From Gracilinanus agilis (taxonomy: Eukaryota), in contig NC_058130.1 of the NCBI RefSeq assembly GCF_016433145.1, forward strand, positions 99,904,044 through 99,961,070: a stretch of 57,027 nucleotides of DNA, given 5' to 3'. Shown piece by piece: positions 10,501-20,049 of this stretch. The position numbers were made by a program, and so were the translations under genes. Every line of letters begins with the position of its first letter. Position 1 is the first letter of the stretch. The notes beneath the pieces are model-generated. The model searched no databases and was not told where the DNA came from. It saw nothing but the letters and a program-made list of their open reading frames with translations.

Positions 10501-13500
10501 TCACTTGCCTGCTAATAGATCTTCCCACCTCCATTCTTCCTCCTCTAAATCCATCCTTTATACCAGTGCCAAATTAATCTTTTAATGCACAAATCTAAAA
10601 CACCTCTGCCTGGCATTTAAGGCCTCACAACAAGAGGCTTTTCTAATTTATCTCACAATACTCTCTTCCACTTGCGCAACAATTTAAACTGGATTGTATC
10701 TCTCACAAACAGCCTATCATCTTATCTATATGTCTTTGCTTACTCTGTTCCCTATTCCTGGAATGCTTCCCTCTTTCTTCCCCTAGTCTTGGTCTTTCAA
10801 AATCTTATTACTTCTTCAATATCTAGTTTAGATGTGATATGCTTCCTTCTTCCAACTTCACATGGCAGTGTGTACTTGTCTATTCTCTTTTTATATCTAC
10901 TTCTGCACTAGGTTTTTTTTTTTTTAATTTTAAACCCTTAACTTCTGTGTATTGACTTATAGGTGGAAGAGTGGTAAGGGTAGGCAATGGGGGTCAAGTG
11001 ACTTGCCCAGGGTCACACAGCTGGGAAGTGTCTGAGGCCGGATTTGAACCTAGGACCTCCCGTCTCTAGGCCTGGCTCTCAATCCACTGAGCTACCCAGC
11101 TGCCCCTGCACTAGGTTTTTTATATTTATTGCCCAGTGTTGCATGTTTATGTATGTATTGTAGTTTCTTACAAGGACTGTGAACCATAGAAGGTCAGTGA
11201 TCCTATTTTAATAATCCTTGTATCTTTATTCCAGAAGCTGGACACTAGTAGGCACCTAATAACTGGTTATTGAGTGAAAACCAATTGTATTTCCAGAATG
11301 TTTTGGTAGAGTTATCTTACCCTCTCTGTAGGAGAGTGCCATGACACAGGACTGCGCTGACAGTAGGCCGGGATGGGGAGGGGATGTTCTGGCACTGAAG
11401 GACTCTTTTGTAGGAAAAAATGATTTTCCAATTTGTGGAGAACAAGCCTCTGTCTTTATAACTCTGGAAGGGCTTTTCCTAGGACTAGAAAACATAAAAT
11501 CAAATTTGATAATGATTCTACTGAAACTAGTTCAAAATATTAAGTAACAATTTTTAAAATTTATTTTTTAAATATTTTATTTTTTTAGAAAAATTTTCCA
11601 TGGTTACATGATTCTTGTTTTTACTTTCCCCTTCACCACCACCCCCATATCCAACGCACATTTCCACTGGTTTTAACATGTGCGATCAATCAAGACTTAT
11701 TTACATATTATTGATAAATGCATTAGTGTGGTCGTTAAGCAACAATTTTTCAAAAGTCATGCTAGAAAAAACGACAAGATGTTTTTCTATTTGCCAAATT
11801 CAGTATAAAGTCTTGACTATTTATATTTGTCCCATTTTCCAGCCAAAATTTTACACTTGTCAAATTCAAGGTTATTTCCTTTCACCTGGTAATGAAAGCA
11901 GACTGACCTTTCTAGTCAACCAAGAATATATATTAGCCACATTTATCACAATTTATCAAATTAGCTTTTCTCTGTTGAGAAATCATAACCTTAGTATTTA
12001 AGAACTAAGACACAGGGAGTAGCTTGGTGGCTCAGTGGATTGAGGGCCAGGTCTAGAAACAGGAGGTCCTAGGTTCAAATCTGTCCTCACACACTTCCTA
12101 GCTGTGTGACCCTGGGCAAGTCACTTAACCCCCACTGCTTAGCCCTTACTGCTCTTCTGCTTTAGAATTAATACAGCATATTGGTTCTAAGGCAGAAGGT
12201 AAGGATTTTAAATTTAAAAAAAAAAAAAAGAGAGAGAGAGAGAACTGAGACACAAGAATCAAGGAAAAGGAGGTAAAGATAAAGTTGTGAAGATTAATAT
12301 GGTGCCTGCTAACCTGAAGCAAAAGGGGAAATTTAGCAAGTTCCTCTGCAGATCTCAATTTCTTTAAGGGCAATAATAGTTTTATTTTGTTTCTTCATTG
12401 TATAGAAACCTGGGCTTTAGCTCCTAGGTAAGAAAATGAGAGCTAATGATAACTCTGTGGGACCATGCAGATGCATGTGGAAGGAGGGTTTATAGACCTG
12501 TTGCAGAGATAAAGCCCCCAACCTTTCAGCTCTCTCACTTGGACTATCCAGATGCTCCACACACACAAAAATCAGAAAGCTGCTTACACTATGCTCATCA
12601 TGAGCAAAAGTATGTCCTTCCAGGATCAATAAGAAAATGCCAGAAAAATACTTTTAGCAGCAGTCTTCCAATTTCAAGGATGATAGAGTTCCATTATTTT
12701 CAGAATAAGTTCCTATTTACACATAGGATTAATTTAGAAAATAAGAAAGGAAGGGATAAGACAGGCACTTATAACCAAAAGGAATGGAGGAAGTTGTTAG
12801 AGAGAAGTGAATGCCAAGACAACAGATGAGAACAGATATTTTAAGTAGCTGGGTTTAAAAAAATTTTTTTTTAAGTAGCCAGGTTTGAATCACCCTTGGC
12901 CTACATAAGAATTTCTGTTCTTTAAAAAATGTTTAAATAGTCAAAAAAAGTTTGAGAACATTTTATTTTAGTTTAAGCAAATTTAATTTTGAGAAACTAT
13001 GCTTACTCAAAATCTTGTGTAACCTGAGCATCTCTGAGATGCTAGGTCTTTCCAGTGTGGAGTCAAGGCTCCTGATTAGGGTTGATAACCCAAGCTACTA
13101 AAGTCTTTCCAAAGCTTGTCACTTACAGCAAAGAATGTCTTTTACAAAAAAGGCCTATTAATGACCATCACTCAGAGCTTTCTTGTTGGCTTTTACTAAA
13201 TAAGGCCAAGGTGCCTTCTCTCTCTACAGGACAGTCTGTACCTGACATGGGAGATGGACAGAGTAGTGGTAGCTTTACTGGCTTTTCCACTGTTCTGCAG
13301 CTTGGTCCTCAATTCATTCATCTCGGCATCTTTAAACTGAAGTTCTGACTGCAGTGACTGGAGCTAGAAGGTAAAAGAGAGCCCATTCCTTCAACAAATA
13401 TTATTTAAGCTACCTATAAATTATAATACACTTGTTAGGTGACGTAAACACAAAGATATAAATGAAAACATGTTGGATGAATGGATTCATGGGTCCAGAC

Positions 13501-16500
13501 CACCTTTAACACTGATCTCAAGATCTCATTCTGGAAATAGAAAAGGGAGACCAACAGAAAACAATGACAGGAGGCACAATGGCATAGTAGACATAGCACT
13601 AGGTCTGGAGTTAGGAGGACCTGGGTTCAAATCTGGCCCAAAACACTTCCTAACTGTGTGACCCTGGACAAGTCACTAAGGGAAAAGAAAGGAAGAAAGA
13701 GAGAGAGAGAGAGAGAAAAAAAAAAGAAAGAAAAATGACAAGAGTCTGCTGTGAAAAAATTAACTATACCAAATAATTCCAAGTTCTAGCCTTGTTTCTG
13801 ATCTAGGCAAGGATTAATATGCTATAATTCACCTCATTTATAAAAAAGTGATTTCCAAAGTCCCTTTGATATATCGAGTCCAAATATAGTCATCATGCAG
13901 TATCTACAGATCCATTTTGTAGGTGGCTTAAATGAAATGAATTGTAGGAATTTGAAACTGTTGATAGAACTAAGAGTCTGTTTATCACCTAAATTCTACA
14001 TACAGAAGAGAACAAAGTGTAGGAAATCAGTTCATAACAATAGCCTGTGTGTTAACTTTATTGGTGTGAAGAATCCTTCAGGAAGCACTAAACTTGGGAC
14101 TTTATATACCCAATATGGCTTTAACAGGAAATCAGAAAAAGCCACAAGAGCACAACCAGAGATTTAAAACTAAGTTCAGCAGGGCATTTTCATGGAATAG
14201 AAATAGCATTAGTTTTGGACCTAGGAGGTCTGGATTCTGACATTTATTAGATATGTGATCATGGCCAGATTTCTTAGCTTTTCTGAACCTCATCTATAAA
14301 ATGCAGGTAATAATAGAAAGATGATCAACTCAAAATGCAGAATGAGACATACATTTTTGGATTTGGCCAATGAGGGAATTTGCTTTATTTGACTGCATAT
14401 TTGTTAAAAAGTTTATTTTTTTGTAATTTAATGGGGTGGGTAAGAGAGAAAGAAAGGGGAATGGAAGGCAAAGAATAAATGCTTGTTAATATGGTAGGAA
14501 AAAAAATGAACACTGTTTAAAAATTTTTATGGATCAGTGTAATATCTAGGTGGGAATTGTAGCCATTGTTTTTCCTTTAATGATACTCTGGTGCTGGGAG
14601 CGATCAAGTTCATGACGGATGACAAAGTCATGCGTGAATCCTGAAACCCGCAAAGCAGGCCACAGGAGGATGGAAATCCCACTCAAATTCCCCTGTGTGA
14701 CTCTTTTCTTACTAACACTCCCTGTTATTGGCATTATTGTGATCAATATCCCCACTCAGCCCCAGGAAAATACAGAACACGATAGGCTATTATTAGAGCC
14801 CTACAGACTTCTAGGAAAGCTCCACCTTTACATAGTAATAATACAGAAATTCCCCTAAAAGTTACTTCATAATAAACCAGCAGGTAGTGAGTAACACTAA
14901 AGATTTTAAAACCTTAACAAAAATGAACTTAGATCTCTTGCTCCCATACACAGGTGCCTGCAAAAACAGGCCAGAACAGTCTGCAAGTCTCCCCCCTTTC
15001 TGATGTCTGATCCAGAATGTTAACTTAAAAGCACGATGGATGAAAAATGGAGAAATTGCCTTTAAAGGCTGGCACTTCCCATTCCACTGACTAAACTGTT
15101 TTCTCCATCCCATAGTCAAAGAGACAAGTCAAAATACCTTTGAAAAATACTGAAGAATGAAAGACTGCTATTGAAACAATATTTGGACCGGATTAGTGTT
15201 ATTGTATCTTTTGAAATCTGCTAGTGTAGTGAATCACTGCTTAATTAATTATGTAAGAGCAAAGAATAATCATCCCTGACTTGACTGGTCAAAATGTAAC
15301 TAATTATTGTACTAAACTGTAATGCATGAATTGCACCTAATGGATAGAGGGAAGTACAATTTCTAGTCCAGTTACTTCATGATGAATATTTCTTGCCAAA
15401 GCTTTGCATCTTTTGTTAATCTAAATAGAATAGTTATGGAATGTCAATCAAATGATTCTGTGATTCGGTAAAAGTTAACATATGATTTGATCCATTATCT
15501 ACAAGAAAAAAATGTATGTTATCCATGCCAACCAGTATGTAATCTTGAAGAAAAAAGTATAAAATAAACACAGCCCAAAGGCTGACCAGAGCAGTCTCCA
15601 TGAAGCCTGCCTGGCTGAAGCTCAGACTGTCTCTCATTGTCTTAGTTACCCACGCCGTCCCACCTCCTAGATACCTGGACCTATGGGAGTTTGACTTCCG
15701 CACTCTGGGCCTAGTACAGTTTATTTGTTAAGTTCTCAAGAATCTTTCGGTGTTTGTATTTGTAGTAAGGGATTTGTTGTGTTAAGGATAGTGAGTTTCT
15801 GGTGTATTATTTGGGCCACTTGGTCATATTTTTCCAAGTATCCAGTAGGTGCTAAATTTTTGAAAATTGCAGTCATTTGTTGTACTATTTCTTCTATTTC
15901 CTTGCAATACTTGAACCAACAATAAGTCTGGGCCCCTTTTTGTTATGTCTGGAAGCAACAATCTTATCCTGAACAGCTATCAAAAACTCCTCTGTTTCTA
16001 TAAACAAATATACATGACTTAGCCGTTTGTTTGATGCTACTTGGTCAAAATATTATTGATTAAGTTCATGTGGATGATGCCTATGAAAGGCCTTTGGATT
16101 CTATTCCTATGTCTAAAGTATTTCATAGATTCTATCTGGAGGTAAACTAGTCTCAGTTTCATTTAACAAATCCAGTGGTGAATACCTCTTTGTTATCAAG
16201 TTAATCTAATAAACATTTTTTAAGTGTCTAATATGCTAGGTATTGGGGATATAAATAAGAAAAAGAAAGTTCCTGCTGTCAAGAAGCTTATAATCTAATC
16301 AGGGAAGACAATACACATTTGATCTTTAGACTACTGCTTTTTCTCCTCCAATAAAATGAATGAACCTGCCAGGCCTGGGAGGACCTTAAGCAAAAAGGCT
16401 GTTCTGATAGAGTAAAGTTGAGATCTGAAAGAAAGGCATGAATAGCAAATTACCTTTTTGGAGAATTCCTTTTCTTTGTCATTGAGGGCCTGAATTTTTT

Positions 16501-19500
16501 CCTGTTCAAGAAGGAAATGTGACCGTTTCTTCTCTTCTAAATTGGACTCTGTGTGATGCAATGAATCACGCAAGATTTTAATTTCTCCATTTTTAATGAG
16601 GATTTCTTCTTGCATTGTTTTCATCTGAAAATCCAAAATTAACCTTATGAGAAAATATTTATTACCAGAGGAAAAGAGACATATACTTAAAAGTTATATG
16701 TAATTATGATTTCAGGTTAATGAGAAAGGTTACACCTAAAAATATAGCTAAATATATGTTAATACAAACTAAGGAGGTAGCTAGGTAGCTCAATAAATAA
16801 GAGTGCTGGACCAGGAGTCAGGAAGGCCTGAGTTCAAATCCAGCCTCAATGGACAAGTCACTAAATCTTTGCTTTAATTCACTAGAGAAGGAAATAGCAA
16901 ACCACTCCAGTATTTTTGCCAAAAAAACTCTATATGGTCACAAAACATCTGATACGACTAACCAACAGCACAAACTAAATATTGACAAAATGCTTAAGCT
17001 GTCAGGGACTGCAAATCCTGTTAAAATGAAAAGCTTGGAAGTCACTCAGATAGCTCAGCTTCTGTAAGTCAGACACAAAAAGTTGGAGGCAATGGGAAAG
17101 ACAGTAAGAAAGGGTCTTCCATCTACTTTATCCCTGAATCAAGATAAGGTTCTGACTTGGCTTTAAAGGGCCTTGTTTTGTTCTGTTTTGTTCAGCCAAA
17201 CTAAAGAAAGAAATTATGCTATATTGGAAAGAGTACTGGAATTGGAACTAAAAGAGTCTACTATATACTCTCAAGCAAGTCACTTTGTCTTTCAGAGCTT
17301 CAGCTGCATCATCTGTAAAATGAGATTAAAATTCTTCCATTGCCTATAGGGTCTTCATGAGAAAGCATTTTATAATGCTCTATACCAGTGATAAACCTTA
17401 AGGCTCTATACCAGTGATTCCCAAAGTGGGCACTACTGCCCCCTGGTGGGTGCTGCAGCGATCTGGAAAGCGGTGATGGCCACAGGTGCATTTATCTTTC
17501 CTATTAATTGCTATTAGAATTTAAAAAAAAAATTAATTTCCAGGGGGCTAAGTAATATTTTTTCTGGAAAGGGGGCGGTAAGCCAAAAAAGTTTGGGAAC
17601 CATTGCTCTACAAATGTGAACTACTATTATTACTGAATTGGCTTCACAGCAACAGGAGGGAAAATAAATCAACAAACATTAACACATTTATTGTATACTA
17701 GGCACTATGTTAAACACTGGGGAGTAAAAAAAAAAAAAAAAAAAAAAAACAGCAAAAATAGCTCCTCAAGGACTTTACATTCTACTGGGGACACAGGATG
17801 TGTGTGTGTGTATAATATATATATATTATACAAAGCAAATACAAGGTACATTAGAAGGGAGGCACTGGCAGCAGAGAGGACCAGAAAAACCCTCATGTAG
17901 TAAGTAGTGCTTGAGGTGACTCTTGAAGGAAGCCAGGGATACAGAAGTGAGTAGAGAATACAATGTAGGCACGGGGGACAGTCAATGCAAAGGAAGAGAA
18001 AGAGGAAGACCGGAGAGCAGGTTCATATAGCTAGATTGAAGAGTTAGAGGAGGAATATAAAGACTGGAAACATAAGAAAGTATCAGGACAAGAGGAGCTT
18101 TACATGTTAAATGGAGAGATGCATGTATTTGATCCTAGATGCAACAGAAGCCACTAGATTTTATTAAGTGGCATTAGGGGAGAAAGGAAGGAGTGCATGG
18201 TCAAATTTGCACTAGGAAGCAGCAAAGAAAATTCTGCATGACTTACCTTTTCCTTTAGTTTTTCATGTTGTACCTTAAGTCTTTCAAATTCAGAAATATC
18301 TTTAGTTAGAATCCTTTCTCTGCTTTTCTCTGAATGAGTTTTACTTTTGGACATTCCATCTTGTTCAGGAAACTTAGGGATTCCTGCAGGTAAGAATTTA
18401 CTTATATTATGTCAGAATCTAAATTTGCTGAAAAGAATCATTTGTCAATATGAATAACCCACAGGAAACCCCTAGCTTAAGGAGATACTCAATTTATAAG
18501 TGATCCCATATGTTAAATACCCTTATCCCATATCCATTCCCCTGACAAAGCTTGAGTTGGAGCTCCCCCTCTTCTATCTGAAAAAGCCAGTGCCCTTGAA
18601 GTTTCAGCTCCAATAAAACCAAATGGCAGTTTGATTGTATGGTACCACTTTAGTATTATACTTCAAACTTTGGTGAGATGGCCTGGGAACCTAATCACCT
18701 CCCTGGTACCTGAGACAATGTTTAGAGCTGTCAGCAGTCAATTACTTGAAACAAACTTTTCGAATACAACCCATTCAACTTGGAAACTGCCTGAGAGATG
18801 ACAGGAATCAGGAAGGTGAGTAAACCTGTAGAAACACGCTTAACTTTATTTCAAAATCAAACTTATTTTCCAGAATCTGGTTTAAAACTGTTTTCCTTTC
18901 AGAAAAAGGATGAATCATTTCAGCCTGTCCATTAATACTGATATCACTGGAGCATATCTAGTTCCAGAAAGAGCGAGACACAGTGGATTAGTAGTCAGAG
19001 AGAACTGAGTTCAAATCCTGATTCTGATATACTTACTAGCTGTGTTACCATTGGCAAGTCACTTAAACACTCTGGACTTAGGCTTCTTCACCTGTAAAAT
19101 GGGAATAATACCTGTAGTACCTACCTAACAGGGCTGCATTAAGGACCAAATGAAATAATGAATATATAGTGCTTTGAAAGTTTAATGAACTATATAGATA
19201 TGAGCTGTTATTAATATCACCCATTTCGTTCCCCCAAGGTCAAATTCATTGTACATACCAAGGGAGTATCTTGCTGTGCTGTCATTTCTGGGAAGTTCCA
19301 AATGTCCCACACTTTGACTGCAGCTTCTAGCAGTTGAGAAGGAAGTAGAACTTAAGGTAGGGTTTGTGTTCAATTGGACCTTACAGTCTAAACTTTGAGT
19401 TAAAGCTTGGGATGCAATGATATCAATTTCTTCCAAATCATCTGCTGTAAACTCTTCATTGTATCCAAAGGAATCTTCTGTCTCCTTGAAATCAGTAACA

Positions 19501-19646
19501 TCAATACTTCTGGATCGTTTATTAGGTGGAGAAACCCTTGGAAGGTCCTCCTTGTTATCTCTGCCATGGTGTGGGTGCAGCCCATGCAGCTCCGAAGTGG
19601 TTCTCTTCTTGCTCCCCAGGTAGCGGTTCCCCGAGTTCCCTGCCAT
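1454..19646 (-). CDS. ATRIP: ATR-interacting protein, 13 coding exons, 862 aa
   Basis: complement(join(19259-19646,18247-18383,16454-16624,13242-13363,11321-11484,9357-9452,8743-8869,7442-8185,5169-5311,4465-4556,3886-3969,1946-2198,1454-1521)) = 2589 nt. All introns are GT-AG with consistent phases. Peptides match recalled human ATRIP: FTADDLEE, IKNGEIKILRDSLH, LQSLQSELQFKDAEMNELRTKLQ, QHPLLKMLL, CLLLLLYMYITSRPD, VMLHRQWLT. Confidence 0.97.
1946..2198 (-). CDS. ATRIP: ATRIP coding exon 12 (253 nt)
   Basis: VVKALIVMLHRQWLTIRR...CLRDTLLLLHSLSQ...; donor G|GTGAGA. Confidence 0.96.
3052..3475. mobile_element. Old hAT-Charlie-type MITE interrupted by a SINE
   Basis: Starts CAGTCATTCTCAAACTTTTTGGCCTCAGGACCCC, a decayed Charlie-type end; resumes after the SINE at 3308; right end degenerate. 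Confidence 0.6.
3104..3307 (-). mobile_element. Marsupial CORE-SINE with 14-bp TSD
   Basis: tRNA-like head and core; TSD TACTTTTAAGAATT at 3090-3103 and 3308-3321. Confidence 0.9.
3886..3969 (-). CDS. ATRIP: ATRIP coding exon 11 (84 nt, phase 0-0)
   Basis: TVWFLAKMMQSPDSPIALIGSDCQCSLE; acceptor gtcctag, donor GAG|GTAAGT. Confidence 0.93.
4465..4556 (-). CDS. ATRIP: ATRIP coding exon 10 (92 nt)
   Basis: ETCLLLLLYMYITSRPDKAVVETQWFQLEQE; donor GAG|GTAAAC. Confidence 0.96.
4841..5090 (-). mobile_element. MIR/MAR1-type SINE
   Basis: Reverse core sequence (ccccattttatagttgaggaaact...gacttgcccagagtcacacagctag). Confidence 0.75.
5169..5311 (-). CDS. ATRIP: ATRIP coding exon 9 (143 nt)
   Basis: RFQCVL...LLSLLCDHKKLAPQLCSQS; ttttccag acceptor, G|GTAAAA donor. 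Confidence 0.95.
6199..6352 (-). mobile_element. CORE-SINE, internally deleted
   Basis: TSD-like AACATTAA at 6191-6198 and 6353-6360; B-box region missing. Confidence 0.8.
7105..7330 (+). mobile_element. MIR
   Basis: Core ctgtgtgacc...ctcagtgttctcatctgtaaaa...ggatcaaatga. Confidence 0.7.
7442..8185 (-). CDS. ATRIP: ATRIP coding exon 8 (744 nt)
   Basis: Lies within ORF 7438..8199; LCQLPGAVHLLPLV, LSILQHLVC, QCLKVLVKLAEN; acceptor ctcttag, donor AG|GTAAAA. Confidence 0.97.
8241..8441 (-). mobile_element. CORE-SINE
   Basis: Full head, core and tail, ending about 55 nt from the exon 8 acceptor. Confidence 0.85.
8743..8869 (-). CDS. ATRIP: ATRIP coding exon 7 (127 nt)
   Basis: GSVLINLLLKQPLTSGPSLSLCHLLSS...; donor AG|GTAAGT. 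Confidence 0.95.
9357..9452 (-). CDS. ATRIP: ATRIP coding exon 6 (96 nt)
   Basis: DNKAHNSGNESVKQEETQKNFIPSCVQRPNTQ; tttcag acceptor, G|GTACTG donor. Confidence 0.92.
10090..10287 (+). mobile_element. Young SINE1_Mdo-type SINE with 16-bp TSD
   Basis: GGGGCAGCTGGGTAGCTCAG head and A-rich tail; TSD AAACCTTCATCGAGAG at 10074-10089 and 10288-10303. Confidence 0.92.
10913..11106 (-). mobile_element. Very young SINE1_Mdo-type SINE inserted in an L2 relic
   Basis: Close to the recalled consensus with CpGs retained; TSD TGCACTAGG(TTTTT) at 10904 and 11107. Confidence 0.93.
11321..11484 (-). CDS. ATRIP: ATRIP coding exon 5 (164 nt)
   Basis: SPRKSPSRVIKTEACSPQIGKSFFPTKESFSA; donor G|GTAAGA. Confidence 0.95.
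11551..11740 (-). mobile_element. L1 3' end fragment (opossum type)
   Basis: T-rich tail followed by ttttagaaaaattttccatggttacatgatt...tttccactgg, resembling the recalled L1_Mdo 3' UTR. Confidence 0.6.
12015..12240 (+). mobile_element. CORE-SINE with (A)n(GA)n tail
   Basis: TSD AGAACT(A/G)AGACACA at 12001-12014 and 12241-12254. Confidence 0.88.
13242..13363 (-). CDS. ATRIP: ATRIP coding exon 4 (122 nt)
   Basis: LQSLQSELQFKDAEMNELRTKLQ...; not listed in the ORF track; acceptor ttctag, donor AG|GTACAG. Confidence 0.95.
16454..16624 (-). CDS. ATRIP: ATRIP coding exon 3 (171 nt), coiled coil
   Basis: MKTMQEEILIKNGEIKILRDSLHHTESNLEEKKRSHFLLEQEK...KEKEFSKK; tttcag acceptor, GTAAT donor. Confidence 0.96.
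16774..16970 (+). mobile_element. MAR1-type SINE with RTE-like tail
   Basis: Head followed by ggagaaggaaatagcaaaccactccagtatttttgcc. Confidence 0.7.
17412..17605. mobile_element. hAT MITE, 194 bp, nested in a MIR
   Basis: Ends CAGTGATTCCCAAAGT and AGTTTGGGAACCATTG; 8-bp flanks CTCTATAC/CTCTACAA (6/8). Confidence 0.85.
18247..18383 (-). CDS. ATRIP: ATRIP coding exon 2 (137 nt)
   Basis: Acceptor cctgcag, donor AAG|GTAAGT; encodes ...DGMSKSK...LKVQHEKLKEK. Confidence 0.92.
18975..19185 (+). mobile_element. MIR
   Basis: gagttcaaatcctg...ggcaagtcacttaa...cctgtaaaatgggaataata. Confidence 0.75.
19259..19646 (-). CDS. ATRIP: ATRIP coding exon 1 (388 nt)
   Basis: acaATGG Kozak at 19646; encodes MAGNSG...EEFTADDLEEIDIIASQALTQ...; donor G|GTATGT. 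Confidence 0.92.
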
Positions 19647-20049
19647 TGTTGACACCCCGAAGATTCTTCGGTGGTAAGTTGTGGGGCTGGCTGGAGGGAA
19701 AAATTGTAAATATGGGATGGGTTGGGGGAAGGAAGAGAGATTTGATAACCTAGGGCCTAGGAAAAAGAGGAGTCATCCTGCCTTCTGTCACATCTCTACA
19801 AGAATCACTCATTCTTCCAGTCATCTCCTATCATGCCTTCGCAGCCCCACCTCAGGCGTTTCCCTCCCATCTCCCCCGAACCCTTACCTCCTCCCCCACC
19901 CCCACCCCGTCCTTCTCTCATCCTTCCTGCCACCCCTCCCCCCACGGTCCTCTCATCATCTTCCCAGGCATCCCTCCCGCACCTGCCCTCTCTCCATCCC
20001 TCCTCCACCTATCATCGTCTCATCCCTCCCTCCTGGGTACTCCTCCGCT

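Noticed and set aside
12526-12601. Minus-strand ATGATGA...CTGA...CTGA, box C/D-like
   Set aside because: No terminal stem, far from a 3' splice site and no recognisable guide.
14611-14660. SECIS-like ATGA...AAA...GA
   Set aside because: Wrong spacing, intronic and on the non-transcribed strand.
18813-18821. Perfect plus-strand donor AAG|GTGAGT antisense to ATRIP
   Set aside because: No convincing upstream acceptor or promoter; single motifs occur by chance.
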